A stretch of 64,000 bases of DNA. Origin: Deferribacterales bacterium. Its GTDB lineage: Bacteria > Chrysiogenota > Deferribacteres > Deferribacterales > Geovibrionaceae. Positions 39,537-48,306 of the stretch are shown here, in pieces. Location: assembly GCA_050251875.1 (NCBI GenBank), contig JBFWMA010000003.1, positions 64,001 to 128,000 of the forward strand. The letters run 5' to 3'. The position numbers and the translations under genes were made by a program. The stretch's first letter is position 1, and every line of letters starts with the position of its first letter. The notes under the pieces were generated by a model. It saw nothing but the letters and a program-made list of their open reading frames with translations. It was not told the DNA's origin and ran no database searches.

Positions 39537-41621
39537 ATGAATAATGAAATGCAAGACCTCGTACAGGATTTTATTCTTGAAACTGACGAAATCATTGAAA
39601 ACCTCGATCAGGACCTCATCGAGCTTGAGAACAGAAAAAATGACTTTGAACTTCTGAATAAAATATTCAGGGCGGCGCACACTATGAAAGGCGCCTCTTC
39701 CTTCCTCGGATTCGACAAGCTGAGCGGTGTTACACACCACGCGGAAGAGATCCTGAACAAACTCAGAAAGAATGAGATGCAGGTGACTCCTCCCATCATG
39801 GACGTTCTGCTGGAGTTCGTGGATATCACCAAGCAGATTCTGGGCGATATTAAAAACGGCACAGACACCGCAAGCATAGACGACATCGTCAGAAAGCTGA
39901 AACTCGGAAACGAAGGCAAGCTGGAAGGCGGAGCGGGCGCTTCTTCCGCTTCATCCGGCGGGGATTCCGCTCCGAAGAGAGAGAGCGTTGAGCAGGTGAA
40001 AAAAGCCGCCGTGGCGATTGAGCAGACCATCCGTGTGGATGTTTCCCGTCTGGACTCTCTGATGAACCTTGTGGGTGAGCTTGTTCTCAGCCGTAACCGT
40101 ATCGGACAGATATCCGGCGAACTGGAAAAGAAATTCGAGGGCGAGTTCCTCATCGAACAGCTGATGGAAACCACATCTCAGATCGGTCTTATATCCACAG
40201 AGCTTCAGCTCGCGGTTATGAAGACCAGAATGGTACCCATCGGAAAAGTGTTTAATAAATTCCCCAGAATGGTACGCGACCTCTGCCGTGATATGGGCAA
40301 GGACATCGACCTTGTGATCACAGGTGAGGAAACAGAGCTTGATAAATCTGTCGTGGAAGAGATCGGCGACCCCCTGATGCACATGATCAGAAACGCCGTT
40401 GACCACGGTGTGGAAAAACCCGAAGAGAGACGCAAAACAGGCAAACCCGATAAGGGAACCGTAAACCTCTCCGCTTATCACGAGGGCAACCACATTGTCG
40501 TTGAAATCAAAGACGACGGTAAGGGTATGGACCCTGAAGTTCTGAAAAAGAAAGCGATAGAAAAGAATGTCATAACACCTGACGAAGCCAAAAACATGGA
40601 CAACGAAACAGCTTTCGGTCTGGTTTTCAAACCCGGCTTCTCCACAGCGGCTCAGATCACTGACGTTTCCGGTCGAGGCGTTGGTATGGACGTTGTTAAG
40701 ACAAACATAGAAAAACTGAACGGTATCATCAACATAGAATCAGAGATCGGTCACGGTACAAGATTCAAGATGAAACTGCCCCTCACACTTGCCATCATCC
40801 AGGCTCTTCTGGTTGAGGTATCCGGCGAGGTTCTGGCAATTCCTCTTGTTTCCGTTATCGAGACAGTGCGCATCAACGAAAAAGAGATCCACAGCTTCGA
40901 GGGAAGAGAAGTGCTGAAACTGCGTGATTCCGTTCTCAGCCTTATCCGCCTGAACGAGATTTATGAGTTTCAGGAATCCTACGATGACGACATCTATGTC
41001 GTTGTTGTGGGTATAGCTGAAAAACGCCTCGGTTTCATCGTTAACAAACTTGTGGGACAGGAAGAGATCGTTATCAAATCTCTGGGCGAATACCTGAGCG
41101 GCAACGAAGGCATAGCCGGAGCCACAATCATGGGTGACGGACGTGTGAGACTCATCATAGACGTTGCCGGCGTTATGGAAATCGCTTCCAAAATGCCCAG
41201 AAGATTCAGAAAGAAAAAACAGGCGGAAACCAGCAAAAGATCAGATAAAGTGACTGTTCTGGTTGTTGACGACTCAGCCACAGACCGCAAGATCATCTCA
41301 CGTCTGCTGACATCCACAGGATGGATAGAGAGCAGAGAGGTGACAAGCGGTAAAGACGCTGTGAAGATGATCGACAAACTGAACCCTGATATAGTAATCA
41401 CAGACATTATGATGCCCGATATGGACGGATATGAAGTCGCCAAAAGCCTGCGTGAGAAAGGTTATAACAACCCCATCATCGCCGCTTCCGGCCGCTCTGA
41501 CATCTCCGAGCGCAAGAAAATATCCGCCGCCGGGATCGATGCTTTCCTTCTGAAGCCTCTCAACCTGCAGATGCTTCTGGATAAGATCGATGAGCTTATG
41601 GCGAACTCTGCTCGTTCTTAG
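39537..41621 (+). CDS. cheA: Chemotaxis kinase CheA with C-terminal receiver domain
   Basis: IFRAAHTMKG HPt, IRNAVDHG, SGRGVGMDVV, CheW domain, terminal REC (DIMMPDMDG). Confidence 0.98.
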   Translation: MNNEMQDLVQDFILETDEIIENLDQDLIELENRKNDFELLNKIFRAAHTMKGASSFLGFDKLSGVTHHAEEILNKLRKNEMQVTPPIMDVLLEFVDITKQILGDIKNGTDTASIDDIVRKLKLGNEGKLEGGAGASSASSGGDSAPKRESVEQVKKAAVAIEQTIRVDVSRLDSLMNLVGELVLSRNRIGQISGELEKKFEGEFLIEQLMETTSQIGLISTELQLAVMKTRMVPIGKVFNKFPRMVRDLCRDMGKDIDLVITGEETELDKSVVEEIGDPLMHMIRNAVDHGVEKPEERRKTGKPDKGTVNLSAYHEGNHIVVEIKDDGKGMDPEVLKKKAIEKNVITPDEAKNMDNETAFGLVFKPGFSTAAQITDVSGRGVGMDVVKTNIEKLNGIINIESEIGHGTRFKMKLPLTLAIIQALLVEVSGEVLAIPLVSVIETVRINEKEIHSFEGREVLKLRDSVLSLIRLNEIYEFQESYDDDIYVVVVGIAEKRLGFIVNKLVGQEEIVIKSLGEYLSGNEGIAGATIMGDGRVRLIIDVAGVMEIASKMPRRFRKKKQAETSKRSDKVTVLVVDDSATDRKIISRLLTSTGWIESREVTSGKDAVKMIDKLNPDIVITDIMMPDMDGYEVAKSLREKGYNNPIIAASGRSDISERKKISAAGIDAFLLKPLNLQMLLDKIDELMANSARS

Positions 41622-41910
41622 CGTTTTTCTGCTAATTAGCCGGGCAGCAACAGCAAAAATATATATTTATGAGGTGGTCACGGAAACGAGACGTTACCAG
41701 ACCGCCTCTAAAATGCAGCCTTCTGCTTTCTACCGCTATCATGGCGGCAGCGATACTATTTATCAACTTACGGTTGTTGACACTCTGGAAGGTGATGACC
41801 TTGAAAATGCCGCAAAAAAATATAAACTTTCCGATAAGAATGTTCGTGACCTCTCTCCGCAGACTGCTCCCCGTCCTAATGATTTTCGCCGTTTTATATG
41901 GTGGAGATAG
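41590..41910 (+). CDS. Small secreted hypothetical protein
   Basis: 106 aa with signal-peptide-like N-terminus (..LLVLSVFLLISRAATA); overlaps both neighbours. Confidence 0.6.
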   Translation: MSLWRTLLVLSVFLLISRAATAKIYIYEVVTETRRYQTASKMQPSAFYRYHGGSDTIYQLTVVDTLEGDDLENAAKKYKLSDKNVRDLSPQTAPRPNDFRRFIWWR

Positions 41911-42745
41911 CTTCGCTAACGAACGCTTCAAATACAGAGTAATAATCAGCCGTCCGGATTCCAATATCACAACACAGATGCGCGTATATGCCGACAACGA
42001 AGAGGAAGCCAGAGAAAACGTGGCTCTCAACGGATGGCAGATACTCTCCATAGAGAAGATGGACGATCTTTCCGGTTCCAGAGGAATCGATCTGAACACA
42101 GCTAACGCTCAGGCGGAAGCGCAGACACAGATCCAGACACCGGCACAGACACAGGCGGCGGAACATGACGTTACCGTGTCCAAGATAGGCGAAGGCGATA
42201 TCCAGCCTTTTGGTCAGGTGAAGGTGAAAGACGGCGGAAACGTGGACTTCAAGCTGAAGCCGGCGCCCTGCGAAACTCTCCAGAAGCTCGTTGTGAACGG
42301 CAGTCTGGTGGACGTCACCGACACATATAAGCTGGAGAATGTCGTTAAGGACACATATGTTGTCGCTGTTTTTCAGAAGAACGGAAACGAATGTGAAAAG
42401 CAGAAGGTGAATAACGATGACCTGAAAGAGATCGCCGTCATCTATTTTGATCTGGGTAAATACAAAACGTCTATCCCCGAAAAGACCAGAAAACTGCTCT
42501 CCGGGCTTAATAAAAATAAAAATTACGTCATTATCGGTCACACGGACGATGTGCGGGTGATCCCCAATGTGGAATATAAAGACAATATGGAACTCTCAGT
42601 AAAGAGAGCTGACTTTGCCAAAGCGAAAATGAACGTCAAAGGCAGTATAAAGCTGATGGGCATGGGACCCGCTTATCCCATCGCTCCCAATAAAAAAGAA
42701 GGACAGCCACTGAACAGGCGAGCCGTGATCTATGAGCGAAGATAA
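41840..42745 (+). CDS. Exported OmpA-like peptidoglycan-binding domain protein
   Basis: Signal-like MFVTSLRRLLPVLMIFAVLYGGDSFA from ATG 41840; C-terminal IYFD, IIGHTD, NMELSVKRA, NRRAVI. Confidence 0.8.
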   Translation: MFVTSLRRLLPVLMIFAVLYGGDSFANERFKYRVIISRPDSNITTQMRVYADNEEEARENVALNGWQILSIEKMDDLSGSRGIDLNTANAQAEAQTQIQTPAQTQAAEHDVTVSKIGEGDIQPFGQVKVKDGGNVDFKLKPAPCETLQKLVVNGSLVDVTDTYKLENVVKDTYVVAVFQKNGNECEKQKVNNDDLKEIAVIYFDLGKYKTSIPEKTRKLLSGLNKNKNYVIIGHTDDVRVIPNVEYKDNMELSVKRADFAKAKMNVKGSIKLMGMGPAYPIAPNKKEGQPLNRRAVIYERR

Positions 42746-43715
42746 CAACAACGAGCCGTTATCCTTTCAGGATTTTTATAACATAAAGCTGAAGAGGTTC
42801 TACGAATTTGTCACAGAGGTGATGCACGACTTCACCTTCGCCGTGCACAGAACCATCAAAGAAGAGGATAACAAACGCAGAATAGAGCTGTGGAAATCTT
42901 CCAGAAACGAGGCGGAATCCGCCATGGTCTGGATAGAGCTGGTGAAGAACGAAGAGAATGTGGACAGATATGTGTCCACAGACGTTCTGCGCACCATGAA
43001 CGAAGAGGGACTAACCAAGCTGTTCTTCTTCTCCAATACCGATCTGGATAAAGACACCAGAGATGTTCTGGACGGCAAAAATCACTATATTTTCACCCCT
43101 TCAGACATCATGGAAACCATAGACGCGCTGGAAAGAAAAAAGACCGTCAAGGTTGTGAAAAAACGGAAGCAGGTAAAGATCCCTTCCGGATTTCTGCATA
43201 TCAGAAACCACCTGAAACAGCACCCGCCTCAGGGTAAAAAAGTTTTCGTAAACACCAGCACCATCTCCGCCATGTCCGAGCACTACATCGATATGGTGAG
43301 GCAGGTGGTGAACGAGATAGACCGCATTGACGATATCAACAACATGCCGCAGGAGCTTAAGGATAAGTTTAAGCGTGTACAGGCAAAGCTGCTGCCGGAG
43401 ATGCGCAAAACGCTCTATTTTAAATTTACAGACCGTTTCGAGTATCTGTCGCACACCATATACAGCATCATAGAGAACCTTATTGTGTATATTGGCGCTA
43501 TTATCGAGATGGAGGCGGAAGAGGATCTGCACAAATATCGTGACAAGATCGAAGAACATCTGGAAACACTTAGACAGACAGACGAACGTCTGGAAGAATT
43601 TTACGCTGAACAGATGAACAAAGCAGAGTCTCTCAGCTATAAGCTATTATATTATTCTATAGCTGTAATCGTGTTCATGACCGTGTTTTACATAATTATG
43701 CGGCTTAAAAAATAA
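42732..43715 (+). CDS. Hypothetical protein, N-terminal Mrr-like fold, C-terminal TM anchor
   Basis: 327-aa ORF; pattern resemblance to Mrr catalytic domain; hydrophobic tail LLYYSIAVIVFMTVFYII. Confidence 0.7.
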   Translation: MSEDNNNEPLSFQDFYNIKLKRFYEFVTEVMHDFTFAVHRTIKEEDNKRRIELWKSSRNEAESAMVWIELVKNEENVDRYVSTDVLRTMNEEGLTKLFFFSNTDLDKDTRDVLDGKNHYIFTPSDIMETIDALERKKTVKVVKKRKQVKIPSGFLHIRNHLKQHPPQGKKVFVNTSTISAMSEHYIDMVRQVVNEIDRIDDINNMPQELKDKFKRVQAKLLPEMRKTLYFKFTDRFEYLSHTIYSIIENLIVYIGAIIEMEAEEDLHKYRDKIEEHLETLRQTDERLEEFYAEQMNKAESLSYKLLYYSIAVIVFMTVFYIIMRLKK

Positions 43716-43832
43716 AGATTATCAGTTTACAAAATTAATGCTTCCAAACTGTTTGATTTTTGCACCATAATGAATTAAAATTATAAAGGTTTAAATCGTT
43801 TAGCTAATGCGGGCTGATAATAACGGGTAAAG

Positions 43833-45407
43833 ATGGAATATATTGATGAGATTCTAAACTACATCGGCGAAGTTGTTTTTGTTGTAAATGATAAATATCA
43901 GATACAATATTGCAGCCCCCAGGTGAAAAACCTGACGGGGAAGCCCGCCGACAGGATGAAAGGAAAAAAGTGCCATATGGTGCTTTTCAACAAGATGGAG
44001 CCCTGCAAGGACTGCCAGCTTAATAAACTGCGTGAAAATAAAATTCCCCTTGATATAGAACACGATACGATCACCCACAGGGGCTTTCGAAAGCTGCTGT
44101 CGGCTAAGTTTATCACTCTTTCCAACGGCGACTACGCAGAGATTCTCACGGACATCACCAGCACAAAAAAGCTGATAGATAAACTGACACGCCACTCGAA
44201 AGAGCTGAAGGCGTCTAACGTTATTCTGAACCTGAAACGCAAAGAGACGGAGAAGGAACACCGCTTCATCATGAAGACGATCAACTCTCTGAATGACGGC
44301 GTTATGGTTATCAATCCCGATTTCACCATCAACATGTCGAACACCAGCCTGATGGAGGTGTGCGATCTGCACCACAAGAGCATGTCGGAGCTGAAATGCT
44401 ATGAGGTATACGGATATTCCGAACAGTGTCACGACTGCCCTCTGCTCGATCCTAAAAACGTGCGTTCTTTCCGTGAGGCGGCCGGAAAAAAGCTGACTAT
44501 CACCATGAACCATTTCGACAAATATATCGTTGAGAGCATAAGAGACACCACCAAAGAGCTCAAGCTGATAGACGAGATCAAATCACAGCAGACCGTTCTG
44601 ACAGAGAAGCAGCGCCAGATGAGCCTGCTGAACGAAGACCTGCTGAGAATGAACGATAAACTGAAAACAGCCCATAAAATAATAGATGAAGAACTGATGC
44701 AGGTGGGACAGATCCAGGCGAGTCTTCTGCCCGAAAAACTGCCTGAGATCGAAGGCTATGATTTTGGCGCCTTCTACACACCGGCGGAGCACGCCGGCGG
44801 CGACTACTATGACTGCATCGAGATGAGCAACGGATACTGGGGTCTGGGCGTGGCGGATGTTTCCGGACACGGAATCCCCGCTTCCGTCATCATGGCTATC
44901 ACCCGTGCCATCATGCGTTCATACACATACGACATCATTTCATCATCCGAGGCTGTTGCCATGGTAAACGAGATATTATGCGACAATATCCACACAAATG
45001 ACTTTGTCACGATGTTCTATCTCGTTCTTAATTCATCTAAAGGGACATGTAACTTTGCCAGTGCGGGACACAACCCCCTCCTGTTTTATGACAAGTCTGA
45101 AATGCTCGTGAAAAAGATTTCCGCTCATGGAATGTTTCTCGGAGCATTTGATATGGTAGAATATGAAGAAGGGACACTGGAACTTGATTCCGGTGATATC
45201 GTCTTTCTCTACACAGACGGTCTGAACGAGGCTATGAACCGCAGCCGTGAACAGTATGGCTATGACCAGCTGATCTCAAAAATTATGATGTTTTCAGGTC
45301 TTCCGGTAAAAGACATGATCGACAACATCATGGAGGATGTCAGAGCCTTCACGCAGGGACATCCGTTTGAAGACGATATTACTATACTGGCTTTTAAAAA
45401 GTTATAA
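43833..45407 (+). CDS. PAS-PAS-PP2C (SpoIIE/RsbU-like) serine phosphatase
   Basis: IQASLLP, GGDYYD, ADVSGHG, SAGHNP, YTDGLNE, EDDIT; two Cys-containing PAS-like domains. Confidence 0.93.
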   Translation: MEYIDEILNYIGEVVFVVNDKYQIQYCSPQVKNLTGKPADRMKGKKCHMVLFNKMEPCKDCQLNKLRENKIPLDIEHDTITHRGFRKLLSAKFITLSNGDYAEILTDITSTKKLIDKLTRHSKELKASNVILNLKRKETEKEHRFIMKTINSLNDGVMVINPDFTINMSNTSLMEVCDLHHKSMSELKCYEVYGYSEQCHDCPLLDPKNVRSFREAAGKKLTITMNHFDKYIVESIRDTTKELKLIDEIKSQQTVLTEKQRQMSLLNEDLLRMNDKLKTAHKIIDEELMQVGQIQASLLPEKLPEIEGYDFGAFYTPAEHAGGDYYDCIEMSNGYWGLGVADVSGHGIPASVIMAITRAIMRSYTYDIISSSEAVAMVNEILCDNIHTNDFVTMFYLVLNSSKGTCNFASAGHNPLLFYDKSEMLVKKISAHGMFLGAFDMVEYEEGTLELDSGDIVFLYTDGLNEAMNRSREQYGYDQLISKIMMFSGLPVKDMIDNIMEDVRAFTQGHPFEDDITILAFKKL

Positions 45408-45417
45408 GGAGGACAAT

Positions 45418-45738
45418 ATGTTCGATGTTCAGGATAACGGCGGAAAAAAAGTAGTTTTTGTTAAAGGCGAAGTAAACGCGCAAACAGGCGGAGAGCTGAA
45501 AAAAGGCATCCTTGATCTTTTCAACTCCACAAGCGCCGTAATCATTTCATTCAAAGGCGTTGTTTACATGAACAGCTCCGGTCTCAGAGAGATCATCGAC
45601 CTGCTCAAAAGCACAAACAAGATCAAAAAAGATCTTAAACTCTGTGAAATGTCCTCTGACATCAGAGAGATGTTCACTTTCACAGGTCTCGATAAAGTAT
45701 TTAAAATTTACGAAACTCAAGCACAGGCTCTGGGGTAA
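45418..45738 (+). CDS. STAS domain protein (anti-sigma factor antagonist-like)
   Basis: KGEVN, VVYMNSSGL, FTFTGLDKVFKIY; ATG after AGGAGG. Confidence 0.9.
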   Translation: MFDVQDNGGKKVVFVKGEVNAQTGGELKKGILDLFNSTSAVIISFKGVVYMNSSGLREIIDLLKSTNKIKKDLKLCEMSSDIREMFTFTGLDKVFKIYETQAQALG

Positions 45739-45741
45739 TCT

Positions 45742-47160
45742 ATGTCAGTCAACTTTACCCGTTACGGCGATGTCCTGAAAATAATGGTTGATCAGGACAC
45801 ACCCGGCAAGGATCTCGAAGAGGGCGCCCGAAAGCTCCTCGATGAGAAAAATGTCGCAAGTGTGAGCCTGGATCTGAAAAACTGTTACTATATACAAAGT
45901 AAAGCGCTTGCCGCTCTGATTGCTTTTAAGAAGAACGCGGCCAAAATAAGAGCTGATTTTGTTGTCAGCAACGTCTGCGACAACGTATATCAGGTATTTG
46001 AAATGGCCAATCTGACCTCTTATTTCACTATCAGAGAGGATTTTTCATCATATCCGGCTGAAGAGCTCATGGAAAAATTCTTTCAGGCGGACTACGCTGA
46101 CAGGGTTTCAGATTTTATCGCTGAGCATTACAGCGATGAATACAGACAGAAGCTTCAGGAGCTCATGGAAATGAATGAGCCCGAGCTCAAATATTACGCT
46201 ATTCTCACCATGGGAAAAGCGCACGACTATGCTTCAGAAGACAGGATTAAACAGGAGCTGGACAGCGACCTGCCCATGGTTGTCAAGGCATCTGTCCTTG
46301 TTCTGGGCTGGTTCGGCGACACATCCAGCAAAGATAAGATATATTCGCTTCTGGAAGGCGGACTGGAAGAGCTGGCGGAAGCCGCCGCCGCGTCCATTGC
46401 CCTCTTAAGCGATGATTCAGACGCTCAGCGTCTCGGAAAGCTGCTTTCAGACAAGAGCGCCGTAATCAGAACAGCCGCCGTGCAGGCGCTGACTCTGATA
46501 AATGACGACAACTCTTTTGATCTGCTGAAATCCGCTCTGAGCACAGAGCAGGACGAAAATGTTAAAGCGACTCTCATCAGAGCCGTGTCATCCTTCAACA
46601 GACCCGGCGTTTCAGATATCCTGATAACAGGTCTGGACAACGGATCCATCAAGGTGCGTGAGGCATCCGCCAGCGGTCTGGCTAAGATCAAGGCAAAAGA
46701 TAAGCTCGCTGACATCCTGAGCCGTGTCACTGACAATGACGCATGGGTGGGATATTTTGCAGTGAAGGCATGCGGAGACATCTGCGCCGCCTCAGACGCG
46801 AAAACACTGATGGACAGCTATGACAAAGTTGATGAAAACGTCAAACTTGCCATAGTGGAAGCACTGGGCAAGATACCCTCTGACTTCAGCGACTTCTATA
46901 TGAAGATTCTGAACGACAACAACGAGGATATCAGAAAAGAAGTGCTCTCTGCTCTGTACATCGACAATAAAGACGCGGCAAAAGACGCCGCTCTCACACT
47001 TTTCACAGACGATTCGAGCTGGATAGTCCGCTATAAAGCTCTGGAAATTGTGTCCGCTATCCGTCCGGAAGGTTACAAAACACTTCTGCAAAAAAGACTG
47101 ACCGCGGAAGACAACAAATATGTTAAAGACAAAATACAGTCAATACTGGAAGAGATATGA
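45742..47160 (+). CDS. STAS + HEAT-repeat protein
   Basis: N-terminal LDLKNCYYIQSKAL..VFEMANLTSYF; repeats such as VIRTAAVQAL, VREASASGLA, VKLAIVEALG, VRYKALE. Confidence 0.85.
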   Translation: MSVNFTRYGDVLKIMVDQDTPGKDLEEGARKLLDEKNVASVSLDLKNCYYIQSKALAALIAFKKNAAKIRADFVVSNVCDNVYQVFEMANLTSYFTIREDFSSYPAEELMEKFFQADYADRVSDFIAEHYSDEYRQKLQELMEMNEPELKYYAILTMGKAHDYASEDRIKQELDSDLPMVVKASVLVLGWFGDTSSKDKIYSLLEGGLEELAEAAAASIALLSDDSDAQRLGKLLSDKSAVIRTAAVQALTLINDDNSFDLLKSALSTEQDENVKATLIRAVSSFNRPGVSDILITGLDNGSIKVREASASGLAKIKAKDKLADILSRVTDNDAWVGYFAVKACGDICAASDAKTLMDSYDKVDENVKLAIVEALGKIPSDFSDFYMKILNDNNEDIRKEVLSALYIDNKDAAKDAALTLFTDDSSWIVRYKALEIVSAIRPEGYKTLLQKRLTAEDNKYVKDKIQSILEEI

Positions 47161-47987
47161 TTACTGCTGCAACGATAAAAATAAAGGATGACGAGTTCGT
47201 AGAGCTGAAAGACATCATATACAAGAATGCCGCCATCTCTTTCGCCGACAGCAAGAAATATCTTCTGGAAAACAGGCTGTCAAAGAGATTGCAGGAACTG
47301 AACTTCACCAGCTTTAAGGACTACATCTACTATCTGAAATATGACGCGAAAAAGCGTGAAGAGATGGAGGTTCTCTTAAACCAGGTAACCATCAACGAAA
47401 CCTATTTCCTCAGGGAAAGGGCTCAGATGGACCATATGATTAAGACAACCATCCCAGCTCTTATAACCGCAGGCAAGAGAAACATCAGAATATGGTCCGC
47501 CGCCTGTTCTTCAGGCGAAGAACCCTACTCTCTCGCCATGCTGCTGAACGAAGCCGGGCTTTTCGCTAAGGCCGGCATAGAGATTCTGGCGACCGATATC
47601 AACACCGAGGTGCTTGATTTCGCCCAGAAGGGACTATACAGAACGATATCGTTCAGAGGCGTCCCGCCCACCATACAGGATAAATATTTTCGTAAAGACG
47701 GATTCTCTTTTCAGCTTGACTCTGCTATAATGAGTAAAGTTAAGTTCTTTCAGGGCAATCTGTTTAACCCTATGCTCAGCGCTAAGGTTGGCAGGCTGGA
47801 CATCATCTTCTGCCGCAACGTTCTCATATACTTCGATATCCCGGCTAAGCAGAAGGTGATAGACCTTTTTCATAAATCGCTGAACACTCCCGGAGCTCTC
47901 TATCTGGGTCACTCAGAGACACTTAACAAAATCTCTGACAGCTTTAAGATGGAAAATTTCGGCGGGGGCATCATTTACAGAAAATAG
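47157..47987 (+). CDS. cheR: Chemotaxis methyltransferase CheR
   Basis: TINETYFLRE, IWSAACSSGEEPYS, IFCRNVLIYFD, LGHSE. Confidence 0.97.
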   Translation: MITAATIKIKDDEFVELKDIIYKNAAISFADSKKYLLENRLSKRLQELNFTSFKDYIYYLKYDAKKREEMEVLLNQVTINETYFLRERAQMDHMIKTTIPALITAGKRNIRIWSAACSSGEEPYSLAMLLNEAGLFAKAGIEILATDINTEVLDFAQKGLYRTISFRGVPPTIQDKYFRKDGFSFQLDSAIMSKVKFFQGNLFNPMLSAKVGRLDIIFCRNVLIYFDIPAKQKVIDLFHKSLNTPGALYLGHSETLNKISDSFKMENFGGGIIYRK

Positions 47988-48013
47988 TGCCTGAAGGCAC
48001 GGGAGAACCGCTC

Positions 48014-48303
48014 ATGGGGTAGGACCGATAGAAGTCCAGCACTCTTTGGTAACGGAGAAGGTTCAGGAAGTTAATCAGCGCAGCGCTGATAACAAGAATA
48101 TCACTGTGACCCATGAGATTCAGGAAGAGAAGGAACACCGCTCTAAATCTGTGAACGAAACAGAAGAGAGCGAAAACAAGACTATCGACCAGAATAACAA
48201 AAGAAAGCAGGACGAGCAGGAACGCAAAAAGCGTGAAAAGCAGAAGGAGGAAGCCAGAAAACAGGTTTCCGACACGGGGCATATTATAGATCTGGAAGCG
48301 TGA
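48014..48303 (+). CDS. Small highly charged hypothetical protein; likely frameshift near its 5' end (alternative start TTG 48046)
   Basis: ORF 48046-48303 ends GHIIDLEA; RBS-preceded ATG at 48014 is out of frame by one base. Confidence 0.55.
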
Positions 48304-48306
48304 CCG

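Noticed and set aside
41669..41839. N-terminal extension of the OmpA-domain ORF given in the ORF track
   Set aside because: Overlaps the 106-aa secreted ORF; a signal-peptide-like start at 41840 is more plausible
45337..45417. Longer start for the STAS gene
   Set aside because: Overlaps the PP2C gene; ATG 45418 has a strong AGGAGG RBS and gives a normal STAS length
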